Assembly (NCBI GenBank): GCA_002269645.1
Contig: NIVC01001426.1
Span: 186,001-250,000, forward strand
Length of the DNA: 64,000 nt
Source: Macrostomum lignano
Taxonomy: Eukaryota
Direction: 5' to 3'
This document shows positions 46,402-58,892 of this stretch, one piece after another. The first letter of the stretch is position 1. Each line of letters opens with the position of its first letter. Both the position numbers and the translations under genes were made by a program. The notes under the pieces are model-generated. The model was given only the letters and a program-made list of their open reading frames with translations, searched no databases and was not told the origin of the DNA.

Positions 46402-49400
46402 CTAGCCATTTAGCCCCCCGCTGGGGGGCCTTAAAAATGACACCCCCAGCATTTAAAATGAAAGTGGTTTTTATTTTGGCCCAAGAGTATATAACCTTAC
46501 TAATTATCCAAAATTTTGATATCCATTCATCAAAAATTACTTTTTTTGATTTTTGGCAAAGATAAATTGCCATGAATCAAAACTTTTACCAGCCAAAAAA
46601 GTTTCCGACATCAGCCTAAAACCCTTTCTCAATCAGCGAATAATGCCTATCCTTTCAAGCACAAACTCTTTGTGCATATCGTCATTGGCCTGGGCATATT
46701 CTGGTCCGCAGCAGGAGCTCAATGTGTAAATCCCTGACGGCCTTAGACCCCTCTTTATTAGCCTAACTCAGAGAATCAAACCTTTAATAAAAACGCTGAT
46801 ATTTCCTATTAGCAAAAAGCAGCATCACTTGTGTGTTTGCATCACTCATTATCTGAATTAAATGAGCTACTTGAGCCGTCCTACTTGACAATCTGACAAT
46901 CGCTCAACAACCTAACCCCCTCCCCCAACAATTCAGCCATCCCCCATGAGCCTTGATATCTCAGCAATTCCCCAGTAGGCCTTGACATCTCAGAAATTCC
47001 CTTATTAAGCATCGACATCGCAGCAATAAAACTCGAGCCTTGAAACCTACGCAATTCGCGCAGTAAGCCTTGACATCTTAGCAATCCCCCAGTAAGCCTT
47101 GAAATCTAAATAATTCCCTCAGTAAGCCTTGAAATTTCAGAAAATCCCTCATTAAGATCGACATCGCAGCAATTAAACTCGAGCCTTGACATCTACGCAA
47201 TTCTCCCAGCCCAGTAAGCCTTGACATCCCAACAACTCAACTCCCCTCCTTCAAGAATTCAGCAATTCCTTTATGAGCCTTGATATCTCAGCAATTTCTT
47301 CATGATCCTTGTCAACTCAGCGATTCCGCACATGAGCCTTGATATCCTACGATATCAAGCAATATAGCAATTCTCATCTTAGCAACTCTTTAATTGATGG
47401 TTGACAGCGGTTAATCTATGATTGAACCAAAACTGACCCTAAGCCACTTACCCTAACCCATAAGTGAGTCTCGGCATGTTAGCTATTCCCCTCATGAGCC
47501 TTGAGCCTCAGCATTAAAGTAACTTCCTCATAAGCTTTAAAATCTAAATTTCACTGAAAGCCTTGACCTGTTAGCAATTATCAAAGAGCCAAAGCATTTA
47601 GGTAATTCGCCCCCAAAGACTTTAATCTGAGCAATTCCTTGATGAATCATTTATGATTGACACGACGATCGCTCTATAATTGAACCGAAACCCTAACCCT
47701 TAACTGCAGCCGAGTCACAGCATTTCAGCAACTCCCTCTCAGCCCAAGAATTTCAGAAATTTCCCAATGAGCTTTTGAAATCTTAGCAATTTCCCATGAG
47801 CAAGAAAATTGAGGGACTAACCTTTTGATACCTTGGCACTTTCACACGAGTCTTATGATTGAACCCTAACCCTGCCAAGTCACAGCATTTCAGCTTTTCC
47901 CACTATGAACCACAGCATTTCAACAATTACCCAATGAACCTTGACATTTCCTGAATTTCAGCTATTCCCTTTAGGAGCCTTTGAAATCTCAGCCATTCCC
48001 CTGTGAACCTTGGCATCTCAGCAATACCCAAGAGTCACAGCCCACAGCATTACAGGGATGCCCCGTAAGCTTTGACATCTCAGCGATTCCCCAATGAGCC
48101 TTGATATCTCAGCAACTCATTTTTAGCCACAAAATTTCCCTAATAATCCTAAGTGTTGCAATCACAACAATTCCCCCTGAGCATTGAGCTACAGTATAAT
48201 TCAGATACCCCCCATGAGCTTTGACATTCCTCGATGAGTCTTTTATGTTTGACAGGCCAATTCATTTATGGTTTACGCCTTACTCTTACCCTAAAAATGT
48301 CGGCAATTCCCCCAACAGCCACAGCATTCCAGTAATTATCTCCATGAGCCTTGACCGCAAAGCATTGTTAATAAGCCTTGATACCTCAGCAATTTCCCAA
48401 ATAAACCTTCAGATCAAAGTAATTCTCCCCAGAATCACATCATTGTAGCAATTCCCCTGAGCCTTGAGATCTTAGAAATTCTCCCATGAGTCTTGATATC
48501 ACAGCAATTTCCCATACCAGCCTTACGCTCGTAGCAATAGACATAGCAGTCTTAAGAATTCCCAATGAGTCTTTTATGTTCAACAGTGCGTTTCTTTTAT
48601 GATTGACATGATGATTCTTTTTTGCCTTTCTTGCATTGCGCTTTCTTCTCTTTAAAAGAAGCATTTATTTAAAAAAATACAATATTTCACCACAACTTAA
48701 GCAATGCTTCACCAGCAGTTCAGCAATGCTTCACCAGCAGTTTAGCAATGCTTCACCAGCAGTTTAGCAATGCTTCACCAGCAGTTTAGCAATGGTTCAC
48801 CGGCACTGTTCCGCAAAATCTGGGAGCAGATGGCCACTGATCTCCATATGCTTCTCAATAATCGAAACCATTTGAAATTTTTGCCACTTGCAATTAAAAT
48901 TTGATTTGCAATCCTCTTACATATTTATTACTTCATTGTACGTCAGATTAGCACTGCTCACCCAGATTAGACCCTTTGCAAATTAGCACTTACAGCAGAT
49001 TAGCACTGCTCTAGAAGACTGACGCAGCCCCCCCAGCAAAAGTATCTTTAAATTTAAGTGTTTAACATCTCCATGAATCTGCATAGGATGCAATCATTAT
49101 TGTCACAGGTCACAAAGATAAATTCGCTGCTTCAATGCAGGCTCGAACTGCTGACATCAAAGCATTCTGCTTAGCTTCTGCCGGATACTGCCTGCCTACT
49201 GCGGCTGTTGTGCCTATTGACATGTGGTCGAAATAATCTAGTTTAGCAACTTCAGACGTTTGAAGTTAACCCCGCATTTATACCCACAATAACCTGAAAT
49301 TATCCCTGCATCGAATCTCGCAAAAAGGCTGCAGTTATTTCTTAACAGCCAGCATTTATCATCCACTTTGCATTCTACGACTTTTATTAAAATTAAGCAT

Positions 49401-50610
49401 GTATACCCTCAGCTCATAGAATTGTCCCCTTAGCAAAAAATATTTCACTTAGCAGCCCGCAGTAATCACCTCAACAACTTGTACTTAATCTTCCACAGTA
49501 AATATCCACTCAAAACTCAATAGTTAGTTATTAGCCTCAGAAGTCTGCCATTATCATCCAATTAGTCCGCAGTTTCCCTCTGAGCAGTCTACAGCTATAC
49601 GCTCATACGTCTGGAGGAACTACCTCAGCAGTTTGCAGTTGTTTCCCCTTTGCAATCTGCAATGATCCCTTCGACAATCTGCAGTTCCCCTAAGCAGTCT
49701 GCAGTCATTCCATTTGCAGTCTACAAGTGTTCAATTAACAATTTTCATTCACCCTCTCAGCAGCCTGCAGTTCTTCTTTCAGCCGGCTCCTCAGCTCCTC
49801 AGGAAACTGCAATTTGCTCAGCATTTTACGGCTCACTAATAAATTTTCGATACATATCGGCAGTCTTGCAAAACTTAGCATTTTTCGATACCGTCAGCAG
49901 TTTTTTCAGAATCGTCTGCAGTTTAGCAATTTCATACTTTCATGGAGCTAGGCAATATACTCATTGATGGGATCAGTACGCTTGTAATACATGTACTCGA
50001 AGCAGTTTTTACAAATCAAATTTGCTTAGCGACTTGTGCTAAAATGAAATAATAATTAGTTAAATTTTAATTGTCCGCTGCGAGGTAGACTCGAACCTGG
50101 GACCTTACGCCTATCCTAAAACTGGTCCTAGTGCCTACAGTGCGGCTACTCCGCCTATTGATCGGAAGGCGACAAAATCAGCCATATATGCTTTGGCACT
50201 GCAGTCAAATACACAGCAGTGATAGGCTGCTTAGTGCACGGGTTGTATGCAGGCAGAGCCAATGCGCAGTTAAGTGAAATCTATAAATTAGATTTAAGTC
50301 TAGAGGAACTACTTCACAGTCTGCAGTTCTTCTGTGGCCGGCACCTCAGACCCCTCAGAAAACTGCAATTTGCTCAGCATTCATTCTACGGCTCACTAAT
50401 CAATTTTCGATACATATCGGCAGTCTTAAAAAAGGGCAGCATTTAGCAAAAGGTCAGCATTTAGCACTTTTAAGCAATTTAGCAGCATTGTCTGCAGTTT
50501 AGTAAATTCGTACTTTTATGGAGCTAGACAATACCCATTGATGGGATCAGTTAAACTCGAAGCAGACAAGCAAACATACAAACAAACCTTAGAGATTTAG
50601 TATATTTGGA
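46402..50610 (-). mobile_element. Non-autonomous Helitron
   Basis: CTAG plus CCCCCC-GCT-GGGGGG hairpin at 46402-46430; A|TCCAAATATACTAA 5' end at 50610; internal degenerate ~28-bp repeats (46900-48560) and a ~600-bp tandem duplication (~49780-50940) overlapping its end. Confidence 0.6.
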
Positions 50611-50805
50611 TTGATTAGTGGCTTGTGCCGAATAGCACAAAAACCTTCAATTGAAATTAATAAAAAAATATTCCAATTAGTCGAGGCACAAGCTATAAAT
50701 TATTAAATTTAATTTTAATTATCCGCCAGGGAGGCAGACTCGAACCTTGGACCTTACGCCTAGCCTAAACCTAATCCTAAGTGCCTACAGTGCGGCTACT
50801 CCGCC
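50075..50805 (-). other. Two tRNA-like (SINE-head-like) sequences, ~50075-50160 and ~50722-50805
   Basis: On minus: GGCGGAGTAGCCGCACTGTAGG (A-box-like) ... GGTTCGAGTC (B box); T-stem and acceptor stem do not pair properly. A further B-box relic lies at ~43860-43900. Confidence 0.45.
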
Positions 50806-52104
50806 TATTGATGGGAGGACAACAAAATCAGCCATATATGCTTCAGAACTGCAGTTAAATACATAGCAGTGATAGGCTGCTCAGTGTGTAGGCGTGCAGG
50901 CGGAGCCAATGCACAGTTGAGTGAAATCTATAAATAGCAATTTTCTATGGAGTCCGCCAGTCAGAGCCAGGGTCAGAATGTACACACGCAGCCACTGAGC
51001 ATTTTTTCTCCTTGCACACTGCAACCAGTATTGAAGCTTACACAGTGGAGAGAGAAAAGTTATGGCGCAATCATAATTGGAATTGGAATTCAGCCAGTCC
51101 AGTCAAGAATTCAACCTAGTTTGCCCTACCATTAAAAGCATCGGGAAAACTCGTTTTTCGAATATTTAATACCTTTAGCATTAAAGCCAATTAAAGAAAT
51201 TTTAACTGTCTTCTTTCCAGATAATTACAAATCTTTTCGTAAAAACGCGATTAAAATTGGTCAATTGGTTCTATCTCTATAACGTTATGCAAATAATAAC
51301 ACAAATTCTCTTCGAGTGAAAGTCACACGAAGCAGCTATGACATAATCAAATACTCAGGCAGTCAGCATCAGTCTCAATTAAAGTTAGCAATATGGTTAC
51401 GCAATTTCTGTCTTTCAACTTGGCACAGTGTTTTCAACTTGTTGTGATGCAATCTTTATCAAAATCAGAATTCAGTCAGTCGGTTTTTTCTCTAGCATTC
51501 TTACAGCGCATTTCAAGTCGAAAGAGCTGCTTGACCTTTGCAAAAAAGCATGTTTTTTGAATATTTAATCCCTTTAGCATTAAAGCAGATTAAAGAAATT
51601 TTAACCGTCTTCTTTCCAGACAATTTTAAATCTTTTGGCGAAAACGCGATCAAAATCGGTGAAGAATTGCAGTCTCTAGAGCGTTATGGACATTCATTCA
51701 TTCAAGCATACAAACCTTAGAGATTTAGTATATTTAGACTAGCAATCTACGCCCCCCGTTGGGGAGCCAAATAAATGCAATACACGTTTTTTAATAAGCA
51801 ACATGTAGCTAAGCCTTGAAATCTTAAAAAATCTCCTGTCAAACTTCTAACCATAACCCCAACCCTAACCATAACCCCAACCCTAACCATAACCCTAAAT
51901 TGAATATTTTGTTCACGAGTTTTTGCATGATGCTTGCATTATTTTTTGCATGACGCTTCCATAAATATTTTTAATAGGCTACTACATGAGCTAAGTTATA
52001 AGCTACCCTAACCCTAGCCCTAAGCCAAATCTTAACGCTATACCCTGAACCTAACACTAAACCTTGAAACCCTAACACCAATCCTAACACTAACCCTACA
52101 GCCT

Positions 52105-53645
52105 GACATTTTCATAAGTTTGTGAAGCGCTTATGCACCAAATTTTTGTGAACAGAATATTCTCAGTGAAATGAAATATTTGAAGCTTTATTTATTCCCG
52201 GCATAGCACATCACTACAAAGAACGTGCATATACGCGTACCATTTAATACTGGCATACTTTAAGCGTAGGATGATACGAAACTGCGTGAATAAATTCGCC
52301 GAACTATTAAACATTTCTGTTAGTTTCACGATTATTATACACAGTACATGTACAAAGTAACAGTACTGTTCAACTGTACTGTTACGAGCTACAACAAACA
52401 AAAAACAACAAACGACCGGTACGTGCTTTTAATTAAATTTTAAACAACCGAAAATTGACGTTCAGCAGTTAAAACAATATTTAAACCAACACATGCATTT
52501 ATTCAAATGATATGATATGATCTTCTGCTGCTAATACGAGCGTAGCAGGTGAAAATTTGCAATGATGTAATAATTAATTAACAAAAGGATAGACTGTCGC
52601 TTCAGCAGATGGTGCCATCGACAAGCAGCCAGTATAGCTTTAGCAGTACAAAAATGTACATGTATATGCCATCCTGACTACCTGCCGACTCGCGTCACTG
52701 CTCAATTGCATGCATTGGGTGTAAGCAAAGGTAGAGACATTCATTCTCAAACCAAAATTAAGTCGCTCCGCTCTGCTTAAGGCTGCTACAGAGCTTGACT
52801 GCAAATGCTCCTTTTAGAGTCTGGAACCACAGGGTATATAGAGCAGCTCCTATACACCATTCACAAACTCTTTTAGCCCAGTTAAGATGCAGTCAACCTA
52901 CTCTCAATGAGGGCTGCTTCATAAATTCCGATTATACATACATGTTTCACCTGCTTATACCTGTACTATTTCTGTTTACTGACTGTATTTTATGGTCTGT
53001 TCAGCGACTGTATTAGTGACTGCATTATTGTCTGTTTAGAGGCTGTATTGTCTGTTAAACGACTGTATTGTCTGTTTAGAGGCTGTATTGTCTGTTTAGA
53101 GGCTGTATTGTCTGTTAAACGACTGTATTGTCTGTTTAGAGACTGTATTGTCTGTTAAACGACTGTATTGTCTGTTTAGAGGCTGTATTGTCTGTTAAAC
53201 GACTGTATTGTCTGTTTAGAGACTGCATTGTCTGTTAAAGGCTGTATTGCCTGTTTAGACATTGTATTGTCTGTTTAGAGACTATATTGTCTGCTTAAGG
53301 CTGTATTGTCTGTTTAGAGGCTGTATTGTCTGTTTAGAGGCTGTATTGTCTGCTTAGAGGCTGTATTGCCTGTTTAGAGGCTGTATTGTCTGCTTAGAGG
53401 CTGTATTGTCTGTTTAGAGGCTGTATTGCCTGTTTAGAGGCTGTATTGCCTGTTTAGGGATTGCATCATTGTCTGTTAAAGGCCTGTATTTATTCTGTAA
53501 TTTCTACTTTAAGTACTGTTACATTTATGTCCTATGAGTATAAGGAGGAACTTACGAAACATTCCTCGTAAATAGGATTTACTCAATGCACTCTCTCAGG
53601 GCTATCAGTTCATTGAGACTCTACGCGACTTTGATTTCACTCTCA
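52105..53645. repeat. Long direct repeat, copy 1 (partner 56630-58825)
   Basis: ~52581-53140 appears identical to ~57080-57640; outer parts are clearly homologous but diverged; includes a 20-bp satellite at 53020-53490. Confidence 0.9.
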
Positions 53646-53692
53646 GCCATCAGACGCTCGGGTCAAAAAAGTGGCGCGCCAACTGTGGCAAC

Positions 53693-55264
53693 TCACTGAT
53701 ACGAAGTGCTGTTCTGTACGCTGTGATCATCGAACGACATTCTGCTCGACTCATCCTGACCGTCGACACCTCCACTGCGGTGAAACTGACTCCGGTCATC
53801 ACCCGTCGACACTCGTCTGTATCGAATCTGCGAGAAGAAAAAATTTATAAGGATATAAAATATGCGTAACAAGAAAGTCCTATTAAGCATGAATACATAA
53901 AAGCAACACAATAAGTACTGTTCTCTTTGCTATTCAATTTGCGATTTTCAAAATAAATAGCTTAACTGAACACCTGTCTAACCTGGTAACCTAACAAACT
54001 TTATTATATTTAATCTTAATACTAAAAGTGGTGCGTTGTTTGTCTGTATAATCAACTAAATTTGTAGAAAATCACTCACCTTTTTGCCATTTCCGAAGTC
54101 CCTCACAATTTCCTTCGAGTGTTTGTCATAAAACTCAAACAAGGCAGCAGGCTCCCGAATTATGGTCACACTTTCGTCTCCAATCTCATCAGCACCAAGT
54201 CCTGGAGTAGGCACTGGAGCGGGCACAGGTTCAAACCGGGTATCGCCTTCCTTTGCATTCCTATACCAGTCAGCCAAGACTCTGGCTTCACCATCGTCAC
54301 TGTTGCATTTTACGTCAGAGTTCGAGCATCCCAACGTGACGGAGCCCGAATACTCCTGCACCTTTGCTCTTCTTATGGACAAAACATCGCCGATGTTCCA
54401 CCTGTCCACTTGAGCTGAGGACGAACCCCAAAACGTGCAGCTTACAGAGCCGAAGGTTCGGTCAACCAAAGTCACTTTGGCTACGTTAACCTTTTTCCCA
54501 GCACGCGTTCGGACTTCTTCAGACGGTTGCCTGGCGTCGATCACTCCAAGCACATCGACGATTCTGATAGTGAAAGGGAGCAAAGGGACTTTTTTTAACT
54601 ATTTGCACACTAACTTAAGCATCACATTAGATTTCTATTTGTACACTAACAGGAGCATCATGAAGCTAATAACCCAGGCTTCGTACAGTGTTGCGATGAT
54701 AAATATTTTCAAACACAAGACAAACTAACTGTCACCCAAAAACACGATTACATGTACTTTCACTCCGCGATATTTGAGCACTAATACATGACGAAAACTA
54801 CTAAATCAATTAGTCACTCACCTGTCCAATCCAGTCTGTTGCAGTTGATTAATGCTAGTGTAATCAATTACTGGATCTCGAGCAACCGGCACTTCGTTGC
54901 TTCTATAGATGAAGCCCTTGGAATCCACGGAAACGGTCATCTCAAGTGGATTGTCCGTACACTTGTACTCTGGCTTGGCAGTCTTCACCATCCCGCCGGA
55001 TATGCGAACGGCTTCAGCATCGTTGCATACTTCCCAGATAGCTTGCAAATCCTTACCGAAGACGCTGACTCGCATCTCAGATGAGTCGTCCACCAAGATG
55101 AACGAAAACACTTGGCCCTGACCTTTGTTGTTATTATACGTGTGAACGTCTTTCAGGTTCGTCACAAGGCCAGTGACAGGCGTAGGCATTTGCCCAACTG
55201 TCAGACCGGCAATCCCATCCTTCTTCGACTTCTTTTTCAAAGGTGACTCTGAATAAGAGGCCAT
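53693..55264 (-). CDS. RPA70-like tandem OB-fold ssDNA-binding protein; exons 55264-54822, 54563-54080, 53827-53693 (353 aa)
   Basis: GQVFSFILVDDSSEMRVSVF and IVDVLGVI...VTLVDRT..SV.CTFWG match RPA70 DBD-A and DBD-B; GTGAGT donors and pyrimidine-rich CAG acceptors in frame; basic PLKKKSKK near the start; no zinc-finger DBD-C. Confidence 0.88.
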
Positions 55265-55479
55265 TTTGCACAAAATATTATTCAACAATTGAAAAAAGAA
55301 CTGATAAAAAGTATCAATCAAACTTTTTCTAAGCAATGATAAGCTTTAACTGTAAGACAACAAAATTGGCTCAACAAATCACAAGCTATATATATGTAGA
55401 AATAAAAGTAGCCACGAAAAAAACACCACCTCCCCTCCAGCCCAGTACATTGTACTCAATTTTGCATTCATTTTTACTT

Positions 55480-55995
55480 TATTACACAATCTAATTGGCT
55501 GGACACACAACCCAACCCAATCACTCCAGTGCCCAGCATTAAAGCACACACTGCACCCTCTGATGTACGCTAAGGTCTCCTCACTTTTCTCACCTAATCC
55601 TTTTGTTTGTTTGCTATCTCGTTTTATGGTGACACAATTCTCACCGACTGACTCAGCAAGTGTAGGCAATACTTTAAGAGTTCGCGGCCGCGTGTACTTC
55701 ACTGCACAAACAAAACTTGTATGGCGCGGCTGACTGGTTGAGCCATTTTCGCACCTTCTAAGCCGGGAAAGAAAAATAGGCGACCCTCCTCAAGTCAGGC
55801 TGCATGGCCACCAGTACGCTAGACAATTTTTAGGCCAATCGCCGCTCTAAAGCCCCGACCTGCACAACCGACCAATAGGAAGCCTCAGACTTGTACAGAA
55901 AACCACCGTAAGGCTCAGCGAAGCGACGACGCACAACCCATAACCCCTAATTTTATTCGCCCCTACACCTCAGTTTCAGTGCCTATATAGTCTGA
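55480..55995. promoter_or_regulatory. Candidate bidirectional promoter
   Basis: Lies between divergent ATGs (55264 minus, 56088 plus); CCAAT at 55835 and 55872; TATATA at 55984. Confidence 0.4.
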
Positions 55996-56087
55996 TATAG
56001 TCTGATTCATATATTTAGAGTCATATATTTCTATATTAGAGTCTCAACAAATCATATTTTCTCAATCAAATCATCAACAAATCAACA

Positions 56088-56553
56088 ATGCATATTACAC
56101 AAATATTTGGTGGCGGCGGCGGCGGTAGGCGAGGCGGCGGTCAGCGCGGCGGCTGGCAGCGCGGCAGGGGCGGCCCACGCGGAAAGAGCAGTGAGTACCT
56201 TCCTAAGACACTGTAAATCTTGTGCTTTGAGTACATTCGAGTATAGTCTTAAATTTTATCTAATTGTAGCCTGTTACTGACTTTCATGCTACTCGTATTA
56301 TTACTGATAAATTTTGCAAAAATTTCCCTTCTTTTAATTGCCAGTCGTTTGTTTCTTCTGTGGAGGCCGCCACCGCGTTGCCAGCTGCAACGCGATGAAG
56401 GCCGCCGCCCGCCTTCTGCAGCAGCAACAGCAGCAGCAACAGCAGCAGCAGCAGCCGCAGCAGCAGCCGCAGCAGCCGCAGCAACAGCAGCAGCCGCAGC
56501 AGCAGCAACAGCAGCCGCAGCAACAGCAGCCGCAGCCAATGAATGAATTGTAA
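56088..56553 (+). CDS. Small RGG-rich / CCHC zinc-knuckle-like / polyQ protein; exons 56088-56190, 56345-56553 (103 aa)
   Basis: CAACA-ATG; MHITQIFGGGGGGRRGGGQRGGWQRGRGGPRGKS, GTGAGT donor at 56191, pyrimidine-rich CAG acceptor at 56344, in-frame IVCFFCGGRHRVASC, then ~35 Q/P residues. Confidence 0.7.
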
Positions 56554-56629
56554 ATTCCAAAATAAACTATGACTTTTTTGACTTTTGATTAAAATCCGCG
56601 ATAGACTTATTTATTTTTTTGGACTTTTG

Positions 56630-58825
56630 AAACAATGGCGCACCAGTACAAAGTTTTGTGAACAGAATATTCTAATGCCATGAAATATTCAAAGTATAAT
56701 TCATTCTCACCATAGCATGTCATGACAAAGAATGACCGTACATACACACTTACCATTTCATACTGGCTTACTTTGAAAGTAGAACAATACGAATCTGCAT
56801 GAATAATTTCGCCGAACTATTAAACATTTCTAAGTTTTACGATTATTATACACAGTACAAAAAACTGTTTTATCCATTTTTAACTGCTATAACTAACAAA
56901 GAAGCAAACGGCGAATTAAATTTTAAACTATTAACAACCACAAATTGAAGTTTAAAAATTGAAACAAAAGTTAAACAAACACTTGTATTTATTCAAACGA
57001 TATATGATCTGCTTCTGACTACTAACGCTGAGCAAGTTTAATATTTCGTACAGATATTGAAAAATGTAATAATTTATTACAAAAGGATAGACTGTCGCTT
57101 CAGCAGATGGTGCCATCGACAAGCAGCCAGTATAGCTTTAGCAGTACAAAAATGTACATGTATATGCCATCCTGACTACCTGCCGACTCGCGTCACTGCT
57201 CAATTGCATGCATTGGGTGTAAGCAAAGGTAGAGACATTCATTCTCAAACCAAAAATTAAGTCGCTCCGCTCTGCTTAAGGCTGCTACAGAGCTTGACTG
57301 CAAATGCTCCTTTTAGAGTCTGGAACCACAGGGTATATAGAGCAGCTCCTATACACCATTCACAAACTCTTTTAGCCCAGTTAAGATGCAGTCAACCTAC
57401 TCTCAATGAGGGCTGCTTCATAAATTCCGATTATACATACATGTTTCACCTGCTTATACCTGTACTATTTCTGTTTACTGACTGTATTTTATGGTCTGTT
57501 CAGCGACTGTATTAGTGACTGCATTATTGTCTGTTTAGAGGCTGTATTGTCTGTTAAACGACTGTATTGTCTGTTTAGAGGCTGTATTGTCTGTTTAGAG
57601 GCTGTATTGTCTGTTAAACGACTGTATTGTCTGTTTAGAGGCTGTATTGTCTGTTAAACGACTGTATTGTCTGTTTAGAGACTGCATTGTCTGTTAAAGG
57701 CTGTATTGCCTGTTTAGACATTGTATTGTCTGTTAAACGACTGCATTGTCTGTTTAGAGGCTGTATTGTCTGTTAAACGACTGTATTGTCTGTTTAGAGG
57801 CTGTATTGTCTGTTAAACGACTGTATTGTCTGTTAAACGACTGTATTGTCTGTTAAACGACTGTATTGTCTGTTTAGAGACTGTATTGTCTGTTTAGAGG
57901 CTGTATTGTCTGTTTAGAGACTGTATTGTCTGTTTAGAGGCTGTATTGTCTGTTTAGAGACTGTATTGTCTGTTTAGAGGCTGTATTGTCTGTTTAGAGA
58001 CTGTATTGTCTGTTTAGAGGCTGTATTGTCTGTTTAGAGACTGTATTGTCTGTTTAGAGACTGTATTGTCTGTTTAGAGGCTGTATTGTCTGTTTAGAGA
58101 CTGTATTGTCTGTTTAGAGACTGTATTGTCTGTTTAGAGACTGTATTGTCTGTTTAGAGGCTGTATTGTCTGTTTAGAGACTGTATTGTCTGTTTAGAGA
58201 CTGTATTGTCTGTTTAGAGGCTGTATTGTCTGTTTAGAGACTGTATTGTCTGTTAAGAGGCTGTATTGTCTGTTTAGAGACTGTATTGTCTGTTTAGAGA
58301 CTGTATTGTCTGTTTAGAGACTGTATTGTCTGTTTAGAGGCTGTATTGTCTGTTTAGAGACTGTATTGTCTGTTTAGAGACTGTATTGTCTGTTTAGAGG
58401 CTGTATTGTCTGTTTAGAGACTGTATTGTCTGTTTAGAGACTGTATTGTCTGTTTAGAGGCTGTATTGTCTGTTTAGAGACTGTATTGTCTGTTTAGAGA
58501 CTGTATTGTCTGTTTAGAGGCTGTATTGTCTGTTTAGAGACTGTATTGTCTGTTAAGAGGCTGTATTGTCTGTTTAGAGACTGTCTGCATAGTGACTGTA
58601 TTATTGTCTGTTTATACCTGTACTACTATCTGTTTAGTGACTGCATGATCAGTGGCTGTAGTTTTGTCTGTTAAATGACTGTATATCATGTTCGTGTAAA
58701 ACTGTTATAGATGAGTATAAGAAAGAACTTATGAAACATCCCTCGTAAATAGGATTTACTCAATGTACTCTCTCAGGGCTATCAGTTCATTGAGACTTCA
58801 CGCGACTTTGATTTCATTCTCTACA
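56630..58825. repeat. Long direct repeat, copy 2, with expanded 20-bp satellite (57520-58620)
   Basis: CTGTATTGTCTGTTTAGAG(A/G) x~54 within the repeat; flanks match 52105-53645. Confidence 0.9.
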
Positions 58826-58892
58826 GTCAGACGCCAGACACTTCTCAAACACATCTCTTGGACTTGAACTCACGAATAGCGTCCGAAATTGC

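Noticed and set aside
43860-50805. Functional tRNA genes
   Set aside because: B boxes are present, but the cloverleaf stems do not pair and no credible anticodon arm exists.
52795-53016. Identical 73-aa ORFs here and at 57294-57515
   Set aside because: Non-ATG start, no motifs; identity simply reflects the direct repeat.
55379-55702. ORF with CSVCFNAGH resembling a zinc knuckle
   Set aside because: Spacing to the last Cys is wrong, there is no splice link to the RPA gene, and it lies in the putative promoter/UTR.
56249-56560. Poly-Ala and poly-Leu antisense ORFs
   Set aside because: Alternative frames of the CAG tract; the + strand spliced model explains the region.
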